From NCBI GenBank assembly GCA_963932905.1, contig CAWVRN010000014.1, positions 1 through 64,000 on the forward strand: DNA of 64,000 nt. Reading direction: 5' to 3'. The position numbers were made by a program, and so were the translations under genes. Positions 39,914 through 49,897 of the stretch are shown here, one piece after another; position 1 is the stretch's first letter, and each line of letters begins with the position of its first letter. The notes beneath the pieces were generated by a model that saw only the letters and a program-made list of their open reading frames with translations, was not told the origin of the DNA and searched no databases. Source of the stretch: an uncultured Bdellovibrio sp. (GTDB lineage Bacteria; Bdellovibrionota; Bdellovibrionia; Bdellovibrionales; Bdellovibrionaceae).

Positions 39914-40903
39914 ATGAAAAAAATAATTCTTAGCACCTTAGCTATCTTTATGTTTGCGTGCTCGCAAAACGCTCATCTTACGCGCCCTGATACCAGCGGC
40001 GATAATAGTGGATTATCTCAAAAGCCAGGTGACACGGTTCCGCCAGCTAAAATGAAAGTGACTCTGGAAGATGTACAGCAGGGTACAAAATTGTTTTCGG
40101 GCTTGTTTCTTGCGGAGGGAAATTTGAATGAGCTTAGTCCAGCAGAAGTGGAATCTGATTCTGTATACCGTTGGGATCAGTTTTCGAAATACTTTCAAGG
40201 GCGAGCTGAAGGCGATATTGCTGGTGTTGAATTTGAAAAAGTAAATTGGGCTAAAGAATCAAATGAACATTACCAGTTGTTCGATGCTACAGAATCATAT
40301 GTGTTGGCTGAAGGTCAGCGTGGTGTTGCACGGTCTATTAAAATGACAGTTACGCAAACCATTCCGGGAAAATCTCCCGTTACTAAAGTGGTGGTTTATC
40401 CAGTCCAGTATCGATACAGCATTGATGATGAAGCGTTAAATCAAGGTCGCTTGGGTAGAAAAAATGATGTGTATTATGTGCAAGGGTTGGTTCCTGGCCG
40501 CTATGTGCGTGGTTTAGAGTATGTATCTAATAGAAACCTTCTCTATAGAAATATAAACTGTCATAACGGTTATGATTTTATCGACACCTATGTTTTAAAT
40601 GGACGCAATAATTTTAAAGCTCGCGTGACGGCTCGTCGTAATCAGGCCGGTACGTGGATTCCATTTCAGCAAACCTATTCAACTTTACTTGGCGCGGTGG
40701 GTTTTGGTTTAACAAACAAGCGTACGGCGTATTTTTCTGATGTTTTAGATTATGGTGGTAATTGTACATTTAAAGTTCAAGGGTTAATGTCGGTTAAAGC
40801 TCTTAACTCTGAAATTATTGATGGGATTCGTGTAGAGCTCATTGCTCAGAATGGTGAAAAAGGCTACGCGGAATTCGGTGTGACTGTTTTAGAAGCCTAT
40901 TAA
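39914..40903 (+). CDS. hypothetical lipoprotein
   Basis: GAGGAG RBS; MKKIILSTLAIFMFA-C lipobox. Confidence 0.75.
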   Translation: MKKIILSTLAIFMFACSQNAHLTRPDTSGDNSGLSQKPGDTVPPAKMKVTLEDVQQGTKLFSGLFLAEGNLNELSPAEVESDSVYRWDQFSKYFQGRAEGDIAGVEFEKVNWAKESNEHYQLFDATESYVLAEGQRGVARSIKMTVTQTIPGKSPVTKVVVYPVQYRYSIDDEALNQGRLGRKNDVYYVQGLVPGRYVRGLEYVSNRNLLYRNINCHNGYDFIDTYVLNGRNNFKARVTARRNQAGTWIPFQQTYSTLLGAVGFGLTNKRTAYFSDVLDYGGNCTFKVQGLMSVKALNSEIIDGIRVELIAQNGEKGYAEFGVTVLEAY

Positions 40904-41046
40904 CTTATTTTCCACAAAATGTCGGCACTTTTTAGGGCCCGACTTCAATCTAGAATCTCAGTCGCTCAATGAGCAAGGAATATCGTAAGTCCAGGGAGAA
41001 ACTTCAAGATTTTAGAAAAATGTTTTTTTGTGTATACTTGAAACAG

Positions 41047-42449
41047 ATGATTTGTCGATTACTATTATATCTGGTTTCCTTTCTTCTTAATTTCGCAAAT
41101 GCGGCGGAAAGTTCACCTCCGTATTGCGAAGATTTGTACAGCACGATTTGCGCAGCAAAGTCGCAAAAGTTGCCAAAGGAGCACGTTTCAAAAGTCGATC
41201 AAATAGTTGAACAAAAAAAAGTGAAATAGTATCCCAATTTCAACAATTGCTCGCTGATCCGAACCAAAATTATTTTAGAAAACTCGCTATATATGGTCTA
41301 GGTATGCAAAAAGACTTTACTTGCTCTTTGTCCGGTAGCCAGAAGGAAAAAAAAGAGTGTGACGAAAGCCTTTCGGAAAAACTATTTGATTTATTAGTTT
41401 CAGATGCGGCGGGCGCTCATTCAACAAAAAGGTCTTCTTTTGGTGCTCAAGCTAGAATGGAGGACACCCAATTGCTATTGGCAAATGGGCATTTTTCGAA
41501 AGTTTCTATTAAGCTTGCTGACGATATTTTTTATAAAGTTCAAAACGTTGGGCACGTTAAAAAGGTTCAGTCAGAACTCTTTCCGGCTGCGAAAAAGCAA
41601 TTGTTGTTGCAAATTCAGAACTTGCCTATCTCGGAGAAGAAAAAACAAGAGTGGACGGAAAAAATTAAGTCTATTGAATTTGGAGGAACAGATTGTTCTG
41701 CAATTAGAGATCCAAAGCAGTCTCGCTTGGCTCAAGCTTTCACTGCCAATGCCTACTATATGACAGGTGAAAATAATTTCTACATTTGTCCGGGGATTTC
41801 AGCGCAAAAGCCCAATGATGCTCTCACGACACTTATAATCGCCCATGAATTATCTCATTCCATCGGGCCATGTTCGGAGTTTTATTCTAAAGCTGGTGGT
41901 AAAGAATCGCAGAAAACTCAATACCCCTTAAAGAACTTAGTAGCCTGTTTAAGGAACGAGAAATCAATTCAGGCAAAATACGATTTTGGAAAAGATAATT
42001 TTGCGGTGGAAGCAATCAAAAGGCCTTTTTTAAAGGCAGGATTTTTAGATAGAGATAAGTGTAACCAAGACCAAACAAATGAGGTCGTGCCTGATTGGTT
42101 AGCTGTTGAAACAGTGGCTAGTCTACTTGTAGAAAAGTATAAAAACACGGATCGGATTACGGCGATTAAAGAAATAACTTCAGGATGGGGGTATATATGC
42201 CCTACGGGTGCTGAATCGGATGTTGTCTCTTCAACAGGCAGATTTAGAAGTCATCCGGATATGCGCTCTCGAGTAAATAAAATTTTTCTTCAAAATCCAA
42301 AAATTCGATTTTTATTAGGTTGTCCGCAGAGTAAAACGAGCGGGTACTGTGATGCTATAGTCGACCGGCCAGTTAAATCAGTGTTTGGGATTGTTAAAGT
42401 TTCCCCCGATAACGTCGAGCCTGCTGTTAATAAGGAGGCTGCTAAGTGA
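41047..42449 (+). pseudogene. M13 (neprilysin)-like secreted zinc metallopeptidase, frameshifted at an A8 run
   Basis: signal peptide and PYCEDLYSTIC in one frame; NAYY, IIAHELSHSI and SHPDMRSRVN in another; one extra A at 41213-41220 joins them. Confidence 0.75.
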
Positions 42450-42820
42450 AGATTTTGATTTTTTTTGTCCTTATGTGTAGTTTTTGTTTTGCAGAAAACT
42501 ACACAATTACACAGACAATGGGAACAAGTGAATCTGAGTATGTGATTAGTATAGGTAATCCCGCAAAAATAGATTCTGATCGTGACGGTGAAAAAAAAAC
42601 AATAGAATTATCGTTCGAAAACAAAAAGTTTATAGAAAAACGTTTAAAAAAAATTGAACGAATGCATGGTCACGAAATACGTTTTTGTCCGAGAAACTAT
42701 ATTCAATTAGTTAATCAAAAAAAAGCAAAATCAATTATCGCCTGCGGTAATTCTACTACGGAAATTGCAACGAGCTTAAGACAGCTAATTCGTGTTATAA
42801 ATGTTTATTCCGTGAATTAA
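42446..42820 (+). CDS. hypothetical secreted protein
   Basis: 124-aa ORF, signal peptide, GTGA overlap with the upstream stop. Confidence 0.6.
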   Translation: MKILIFFVLMCSFCFAENYTITQTMGTSESEYVISIGNPAKIDSDRDGEKKTIELSFENKKFIEKRLKKIERMHGHEIRFCPRNYIQLVNQKKAKSIIACGNSTTEIATSLRQLIRVINVYSVN

Positions 42821-42860
42821 AACAGAATTACCGGGTTCGGGTCAGTACCTTTTCTCAATA

Positions 42861-43118
42861 GAACTGGCTCCTTAGCTTGCGGCTAAGAAGCTAAATTCTA
42901 TTGGAAAGACAGTTGTTTAGTTGAAATTTAAAAGCGCTGTCTTGAAACAGTTTTTCAAAAAAAATTATTATCCGAATTACCTCGTAATACATTCGAGTTT
43001 CGATCCCTCAATAAAAGCGAGCGTGTTGAATCTTTCTGGATTTTAGAGAGCACGTTTTAAATTCACTTGATTTGGCGATATTTTACTTGGCCTTAGCCGC
43101 AGGCTAAGGGGCCAGTTC
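42861..43118. mobile_element. MITE/REPIN-like element bounded by inverted copies of the palindromic repeat
   Basis: GAACTGGCTCCTTAGCTTGCGGCTAAG at 42861 is an inverted near-copy of CTTAGCCGCAGGCTAAGGGGCCAGTTC ending at 43118; non-coding interior. Confidence 0.65.
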
Positions 43119-43234
43119 ATAGTATCTGTGCTATTTCGCTTTGGCCTGGTCAGCAAGGTTCAGTCTAGATGAATGTAAACGAGCCTTAAACATTCCTTTT
43201 ATGGCCAAAATAAAAACTAAAATGACTTCAAAGT

Positions 43235-43566
43235 TTAAGAATTAACTAGATTTTTTATGAAAAAATAAAGCACCAAGGTAATTAGGTGAAAACATATAAG
43301 AAAAATTTGATTAGTTGGTGAATCTATTAGTCCTGAATAAGCAACTAATTGCGCTAGCGCGATAGTCACAAATATCTGTATCCCCCATTTTTTTGCTGCC
43401 ATAAACCTATCGCTGCTACAAAATCTCCACAGAGCAATAGTATAATCCAAATTCGCCATGAAATACTCATTGTTGAAACATGTAGCCTGAGGTCTAAAAC
43501 ATCAAGGAAATGCAAAATAAATCCAATAAAATAAAAAACAGCAAGTATTCGTAGATAAATTTTCAT
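43235..43566 (-). pseudogene. small membrane protein (DUF6163-like), frameshifted at an A7 run
   Basis: ...DFVAAIGLWQQK continues as KKWGIQIFVTIALAQLVAY...FHLITLVLY in another frame; one extra base at 43388-43394 joins them. Confidence 0.7.
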
Positions 43567-43683
43567 TGCTAATTCTATAAATCAAAGCGAATGAATCCGT
43601 CAAAATTAATCTGGATTATTTTAGACTCCCTATTACCGAGCTTAGGTACCAAACGTGGATCGAAAATTGAAAGTTATTAATTT

Positions 43684-44340
43684 ATGTTTATAACCGTCTT
43701 CTCTAGCTATCGAAAACAAATACTAGCCCTTGTTGGATTGTCTATATTTTGGTCAGTGCCTACAATTTCTGCGACTCCTAATTCGTGTAAATTATTTTAT
43801 AAAAATCCGAGTTATTCTTTAGAAAGCAACAAACAAACTAATAAATTACTTGCAGCTATTGCGTCGAGGTATAAGGACAATCATGTCTCTAACATTGTTG
43901 CGTCTGCGATTATAGAGCAAATTCGAAGTAATGGAATTGTCTCTCGTAAAAAAGATCGGAAGCAATCGACGTTTTTCCAGAGTACGTCAATTGAAGGTAG
44001 TCTAATGAGTTGGCTTACTATAGATCCATCAGATGGTCAAATCAGCGCAAAAATCTTAGTTGTCTCACTTGGTATGCGTGAGCCAAATGGCGGCCGAATG
44101 GTAGATGGGACCACTCCCGCACATCCGTCGAATGAGTTTGCAAAAATTCTTGCTGGAGTTTTAAACGGAATAGATAGGCTTAGATCTGAATTTTCGTCTG
44201 TCAAAAATGTTCAAATTCAGGCAATGACCATAAACCCTCGATTGGCCACTACCTTAAGAAAAATTGGATTTGAAATCGATGCAAGTCATGCACCGTGGGG
44301 AATTCAATGGAGTGCATCCATGATATATAAACTTAAATGA
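43684..44340 (+). CDS. hypothetical secreted protein
   Basis: 218-aa ORF, signal-like N-terminus followed by SCKLFYK. Confidence 0.6.
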   Translation: MFITVFSSYRKQILALVGLSIFWSVPTISATPNSCKLFYKNPSYSLESNKQTNKLLAAIASRYKDNHVSNIVASAIIEQIRSNGIVSRKKDRKQSTFFQSTSIEGSLMSWLTIDPSDGQISAKILVVSLGMREPNGGRMVDGTTPAHPSNEFAKILAGVLNGIDRLRSEFSSVKNVQIQAMTINPRLATTLRKIGFEIDASHAPWGIQWSASMIYKLK

Positions 44341-44539
44341 TTCACGGTCCAAATCACTAGCTATTTCTCAATACCTGAACAAATAGACTGAACCTTTAAG
44401 GCCTGTCTATGGGAGAAATAACTCCGCTATTTATCGCAAAACCGCGCACTAAAGAATGGCCATTATTTCCTATTGTCCGATGAATTCGAAGCCTCGTGCG
44501 GGAACTGTCAGATCGAGTCCAAGTTTCTACAATTGAGAT

Positions 44540-46228
44540 TTAGATATCGAGTTGGGTGTTGCTGAGTAGTTCTTCGATCGTCGTGATGCCAGCAAGAACT
44601 TTTCTCATTCCATCTTCACGGAATGTGATCATACCATTGGCGACCGCTTGTTTTTTGATCGTATTACCATCACGTTTTTGCATGATTAAGGAGCGAATAT
44701 CATCCGTAACGGGCAGTAGCTCTTGAATCAGAGTACGACCTACATAACCTTTTTGATTGCATTGATTGCAGCCTACCGCTTTGCATATTTGTGCAATGGC
44801 GGCTTGCTGGCGGGTCACGCCTAGGGTGTTTAATTCAAAATCTGACGGATCATGCGGTGCTTTGCAATGCGGACATAGAACGCGAACCAGTCGCTGGGAA
44901 ATAACTCCCAGAATCGACGTTGCAATCAAGAAAGGCTCGGCACCGATATCGATCAGACGGGGAAATGCTCCGGCCGCATCGTTCGTATGCAATGTTGATA
45001 AAACTAAGTGACCAGTAAGAGATGAGTTGATCGCAAGTTCGCTGGTTTCTAAGTCACGAATCTCACCGATCATAATGATGTCTGGATCTTGACGAAGAAA
45101 TGATCTTAATCCGGCCGCAAATGTTAAACCAATTTTTGCATTTACTTGCACCTGGCCGATGCCGTGAATTCGTTGTTCCACGGGGTCTTCAACGGTAAGG
45201 ATGTTTACGTCCGTAGAATTTAGGCGTGACAGACACGCATACAGTGTCGTCGATTTACCGGAACCGGTTGGACCCGTTACCAGCATGATGCCGTAAGTGC
45301 GACTTAATAAATCATCGATTTTGAGTAGGTTTCCTTCTGAAAAACCTAGTTGTTCTAGTTCTAAAATAACATTCGATCTATCTTGAAGACGCATTACCAG
45401 GCGTTCACCGTGAGCCGTCGGCACGGTGGAGAGACGAATATCGATATCTTTACCACCAACTTTTAATGGGATACGACCGTCTTGAGGTAAACGTTTTTCG
45501 GCGATATTTAAATTCGCCATAACTTTAATACGGGATGAAATGGCGTTTTGTAGTTTTTTTGGCGGTTTAAAAATGTCGAATAAAATACCATCAATACGAA
45601 AGCGAACGACCATATCTTTTTCGTACGGTTCGATATGGATATCTGATGCTTTTTCTTTCACAGCGCGGAAAAGAAGCGAGTTGACCAGTTTGATAACCGG
45701 CGCGTCGTCTTCACCGGCTTCAAGTAGATCCACGATACCGTCTTCTAAATCCACTTCTTCTTGATCAATTTCGTCCAAACCTGATAGGTTGGCGGTTGAT
45801 TTTTCGTAAACACGATTGATGGCGTCCAGTAATTTTCCAGCTAATGTAACAACTGGCTTAACACGTTTCCCGAATAGAACACGCAAATCATCGAGAGCTT
45901 TGACATTCAGGGGGTTAGAGACAAGCACGGTGACTTGATCTGTTTCTTCTTTGAAAGGCAAGATGGAATTTTGTTTTGAATAATTGATGGGAATTTCACG
46001 AACTAAATCGGCCGAGATGTCATTGTAAGGGACATCTTTCATAAAATCTAAACCCAGTTCTTTGCATAATTCAGAAACAAGTTCTTCTGCGTTTTGAAAC
46101 GTTTTTTTTGAAAGAGCATCACCAATGCTCTCACTGCGAATCATCGAGGTGTTATTCCAGAGTGTTTTAAGCTGCTCTGGAGATAAGCCGGTTGATTTTT
46201 GAAGAAGGTTCTGGATTTCAACTGACAT
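44540..46228 (-). CDS. gspE: type II secretion ATPase GspE
   Basis: ASDIHIEP, RLPQDGRI, GPTGSGKSTTLY, TVEDPVE, LRQDPD, Cys4 motif. Confidence 0.96.
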   Translation of the reverse strand: MSVEIQNLLQKSTGLSPEQLKTLWNNTSMIRSESIGDALSKKTFQNAEELVSELCKELGLDFMKDVPYNDISADLVREIPINYSKQNSILPFKEETDQVTVLVSNPLNVKALDDLRVLFGKRVKPVVTLAGKLLDAINRVYEKSTANLSGLDEIDQEEVDLEDGIVDLLEAGEDDAPVIKLVNSLLFRAVKEKASDIHIEPYEKDMVVRFRIDGILFDIFKPPKKLQNAISSRIKVMANLNIAEKRLPQDGRIPLKVGGKDIDIRLSTVPTAHGERLVMRLQDRSNVILELEQLGFSEGNLLKIDDLLSRTYGIMLVTGPTGSGKSTTLYACLSRLNSTDVNILTVEDPVEQRIHGIGQVQVNAKIGLTFAAGLRSFLRQDPDIIMIGEIRDLETSELAINSSLTGHLVLSTLHTNDAAGAFPRLIDIGAEPFLIATSILGVISQRLVRVLCPHCKAPHDPSDFELNTLGVTRQQAAIAQICKAVGCNQCNQKGYVGRTLIQELLPVTDDIRSLIMQKRDGNTIKKQAVANGMITFREDGMRKVLAGITTIEELLSNTQLDI

Positions 46229-46230
46229 AG

Positions 46231-48582
46231 TTACTCTGTATCCGTATCTGGTCCAGCGTTATCATCTACTGGGGGTGGAGCTGCCGCCGCTTTAGGTTTC
46301 ATGGTCGTTTTATTTCTAACATCGTCGATAACTTCACCGTAGGCATCCACACCGCCTTGGGATTTAATGAAATCGACACGTTGCTCAAGTTTTTTAGAGA
46401 TAATCTGTTTTGTGTCATCACCGCTGCGAATAATTTTGGGAGTTAGGAAAACAAGCATGTTTACTTTTTCTTTTGTAGTTTCCTTAGATTTAAATAACCA
46501 GCCAAGAATCGGTAGATCTCCTAAAAGCGGGACTTTAACGATGTCTTCTGTTTCGCGATCTTTAATTAATCCTCCCAGAACAGCCGTGTCGCCATCGTCA
46601 ACAACGATGAACGTTTTAATTTTTCTAGTTGCTAACGGTTGTGTGTTATCTTGGAATGCTTTAGGTGTTGCGACCCCAGCCGACGGCTGTTTAACACTTT
46701 GATCGATTTCCATGCGTACAGCTTTGCTCGTAGGATTGATGAATGGTTTTAATTTCAACTCAATCATTGCTTCTTCCATCACCGGCGTAGTGATCGTCGT
46801 ACCTTGAGGAGAGGTAGACTGCGTTGACGATGTAACGACTTTATCGCCGACTTGGATCAGGGCTTCCTGATTATCCATAGCTAGAATTTGTGGGCGAGAT
46901 AAAATGTTAGCTTTCGTAAGCTTTTTAAGCAAATTGATCAAACCAATCAACGATGGGACCTTTTGTTTTGTTGTACCCAGTGTTAATTCAACTTCCTTTC
47001 CAGATCCAAACCCTAAAACAGTACCAACGCCAGCTAGGGGATTGATAACTTCTTCTGCTTTCAACCCGCCCGAGAAACTTTGACGAGCGATACCATTATC
47101 AGAAGCAAAGTTGTAATAAGATGGTTTAAATCCAAACCCATCGCTTGCGCTCATTTCCATAATGATGGCTTCAACAAAAACCTGATCACGAGGGATATCA
47201 ATTTTATTCAAAAGATTAATCACTGTTTCGTAGTCACCTTTACCAGCCGTGATGATCAAACTATTTGTCGTTTCATCCGCCGTGATTTTTACTTCACCGC
47301 TGAATACGGCGCCACTCGATTTAGAATCACCAGCGGCACCTTCCATTCCGATCGGAGGAGCAAAGAATGGCGGAGGTTGGTTCGCGCCTCCTGGTTGTGT
47401 TTTAGGAGCGGCGTCTTTAGAAACACCTTGCAGTACGGCCGCGATTTTTTTCGCTTCCCCATTTTTTACGTAGTACACGAATACGCCACCACCATCTGCT
47501 TCACTGGGTTTGAAATCAAGTTGTCCAATTAGTTTTTTTACGCGAACAATACCAGATTTATTTCCGACGATGATAAGCGAGTTAGTTCTTTCGTCAGGAA
47601 TAGCCATGAAAAAGCTATTGCCTTGCTGGCTTGATGAACCGCCTGGTCTTGAAAAACGAGGAGCACCGCCGCCGAAACCACCGGTAACTCCGACGCCAGC
47701 ACGGTTTGTGCCTTGGCCCTTGTTTACAATTTTGTCGACAAGGTCGGCGATGTCTTTAGCTTTAGCGTAACGAATACGCACTACTTCTAATTGCTCGTCG
47801 AAACCAGGAACATCTAATTGATTGATGATTTTCATCACACGATCAATATTTGCGCCCCAGTCTGAAATAATAATTGAGTTTGTTTGTTGGTAAACGTTCA
47901 TTTCGCCATCTTTTGATGGAAGAATGCGAAGGTCTTTGTTTACTTGATCTGCGGAAATATGTTTTAAGTGAATAATTCGTGTGATCATTTGATCTGTATT
48001 TGGATAGTAAGATCCAGAATACGTTTCGATATTATCACGCTGGGCATTTCGTCCTGATTTAACTTTCAAGAAGCTGCCAGATGGAACAACGGTAAAACCG
48101 TTAATAGCCAGTGCCGAAAGGAACGCTTTATAAGCTTCGGCGACGGTGATTTTACTTGGTGCAATGATTGTGATCTTTCCGCGAACCCCAGGATCGATGA
48201 TAAAGTTTTTCCCTGTTAACTCAGAGATTGCTTTAATAACATCCGTGATTTCCACATTTGGGAAGTCGAAAGATTCGATAGTTTCGGGAAAATTTTCGTT
48301 GCTGATGTCTTCAACACTGGCTTGCGAAAACTTCTGTTTTTGATTAGCCGTTAAGCTTACACCTTTTTTTCCATTGCCGCCGGTTGTAGCATCGCTGTGG
48401 TTTCCGTTTCCTGAAGGCATAGCTCCGTTCGTTGGTGGCGCACCGGGATTGTCAAAGTCACCAAAATCGGGTGGTGGAGGTGGAAATTCTTCTTGTGCAT
48501 GAACGCTGGATGCGGTTAAGGCACTGGCCCCAACCATGGCAACTGCATTCAGCATGACTAGCGATTTTTTTAATTTTTTCAT
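46231..48582 (-). CDS. gspD: type II secretion secretin GspD
   Basis: GKNFIIDPGVRGKITI, repeated TNSLII N-domains, QVFVEAIIME, KVPLLGDLPILGWLFKS. Confidence 0.95.
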   Translation of the reverse strand: MKKLKKSLVMLNAVAMVGASALTASSVHAQEEFPPPPPDFGDFDNPGAPPTNGAMPSGNGNHSDATTGGNGKKGVSLTANQKQKFSQASVEDISNENFPETIESFDFPNVEITDVIKAISELTGKNFIIDPGVRGKITIIAPSKITVAEAYKAFLSALAINGFTVVPSGSFLKVKSGRNAQRDNIETYSGSYYPNTDQMITRIIHLKHISADQVNKDLRILPSKDGEMNVYQQTNSIIISDWGANIDRVMKIINQLDVPGFDEQLEVVRIRYAKAKDIADLVDKIVNKGQGTNRAGVGVTGGFGGGAPRFSRPGGSSSQQGNSFFMAIPDERTNSLIIVGNKSGIVRVKKLIGQLDFKPSEADGGGVFVYYVKNGEAKKIAAVLQGVSKDAAPKTQPGGANQPPPFFAPPIGMEGAAGDSKSSGAVFSGEVKITADETTNSLIITAGKGDYETVINLLNKIDIPRDQVFVEAIIMEMSASDGFGFKPSYYNFASDNGIARQSFSGGLKAEEVINPLAGVGTVLGFGSGKEVELTLGTTKQKVPSLIGLINLLKKLTKANILSRPQILAMDNQEALIQVGDKVVTSSTQSTSPQGTTITTPVMEEAMIELKLKPFINPTSKAVRMEIDQSVKQPSAGVATPKAFQDNTQPLATRKIKTFIVVDDGDTAVLGGLIKDRETEDIVKVPLLGDLPILGWLFKSKETTKEKVNMLVFLTPKIIRSGDDTKQIISKKLEQRVDFIKSQGGVDAYGEVIDDVRNKTTMKPKAAAAPPPVDDNAGPDTDTE

Positions 48583-48668
48583 CCGTAAACCCTCGCCCTT
48601 TGTTTCGCTTTCCTAGCTGGTCAAATGCCAATCAATTCATTTGACTGGGTACAATTCATTTGATTCAG

Positions 48669-49592
48669 TTACTTCACAGTATAAGAAAGCTCTTCATTTT
48701 TACCACCGCGTTCAACCCCAAGTTTAATATTTGGAGAATTGCGAAGCGCTTGATACATTTCCAATGCTTGCTGCGTTGACGTCACCGGAGTGCCGTTTAC
48801 GCTGGTGATAACGTCCATCACCTGCAGACCTAATTGAGTGTAGATGCTGTCTGCTTGGATTTCTAATAAACGAAATCCATATGTTTCGCCCGAGCCCGGG
48901 CGTTTTGCTGGAACAGCACGTGCTTGGTATAAAATACTTTGAATGTCTTTAAGCTTGTCTTCTAAATCTGATTTTTTAATTTCAAATTTATTGTCACCAG
49001 CTTTTTGAATAACTGAATTACCTTTTTCTTCGGCCACTGGTTTCGGTTTGGCATCAAATGAAACCTTATTGGCATCTTTCATTTCAATGTATTCAAGACG
49101 ATCAGCGCTTAAATTTCTAATGATCACTTTACCTCGTGTGATTTTTTCTACTTTCGCTAAGCCTTCAATTTCTTTGCCAGTAGCAAACGACACAATTTGG
49201 TTTTTTGTTTTGATCTCAATCGCGGCGATAGATTTTTCGGGTGTTGAGTGTACGAGTGTTCCGATTAAATTCAGAGGAAGGCTGCTTAGAATTGGCTCGT
49301 TATCTTTGGGGCGAGCTATTTCTCCCTTAGGCAGCAGTTCAGGAGGAATTTCACCTTTGGAAGAAAACAAATTTCGCGAAACAATAGGTTGAAAAAAATC
49401 ACGACTCTTTATGGGGTTTGGAGGGATATTACGAGCCATGTTTTTTTGAGTTCGTTCTGGTAAAAAGAAAAAACGCACTTTCAAAATAGCTAGATCAGCG
49501 ATGCTGAGTGATATCAAAGAGATAAGTAAATAAACTAATAACTTATTTACCCACTGTCTTCGAGTGGATAGTGCGGTTCCTTTTCTTGTCAT
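48669..49592 (-). CDS. gspC: type II secretion protein GspC (PDZ type)
   Basis: N-terminal TM, LNLIGT, C-terminal PDZ (LGLQVMDVITSVNG); upstream of gspD. Confidence 0.88.
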   Translation of the reverse strand: MTRKGTALSTRRQWVNKLLVYLLISLISLSIADLAILKVRFFFLPERTQKNMARNIPPNPIKSRDFFQPIVSRNLFSSKGEIPPELLPKGEIARPKDNEPILSSLPLNLIGTLVHSTPEKSIAAIEIKTKNQIVSFATGKEIEGLAKVEKITRGKVIIRNLSADRLEYIEMKDANKVSFDAKPKPVAEEKGNSVIQKAGDNKFEIKKSDLEDKLKDIQSILYQARAVPAKRPGSGETYGFRLLEIQADSIYTQLGLQVMDVITSVNGTPVTSTQQALEMYQALRNSPNIKLGVERGGKNEELSYTVK

Positions 49593-49663
49593 GTAATTAA
49601 ATACTAGCAAATGGACGGGGTTAGAGTAATTGAAAAATACTTACAAGCTAGACGTTTGGTGAG

Positions 49664-49897
49664 TTACTTTTTGGGTTGTTTAGGTGGTGCTGGTGGGAAC
49701 GTTTTGTGTTTTAAGTAATACTCCAATATGGGACCGGTGACTTTGCGGCAACTGCCTCCACAAGGACCTACTCCTGCGGTGGTTGCGTCAAACAGTTTAT
49801 CCAGGGTATCACAACCATCAACAAAAGCTTGCTGTATGGTCTCGAGTGTAATGTTGTTGCAGCGACAGATGATAGGTGATCGCTTTTTTTTGTTCAT
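49664..49897 (-). CDS. BFD-like (2Fe-2S)-binding protein
   Basis: ICRCNNI...GVGPCGGSC. Confidence 0.85.
   Translation of the reverse strand: MNKKKRSPIICRCNNITLETIQQAFVDGCDTLDKLFDATTAGVGPCGGSCRKVTGPILEYYLKHKTFPPAPPKQPKK

Noticed and set aside
1..43118. palindromic repeats as a possible CRISPR array
   Set aside because: The copies are dispersed rather than regularly spaced, with no spacers and no cas genes.
44766..48343. multiple plus-strand ORFs inside gspE/gspD
   Set aside because: Antisense shadows of strongly supported genes.
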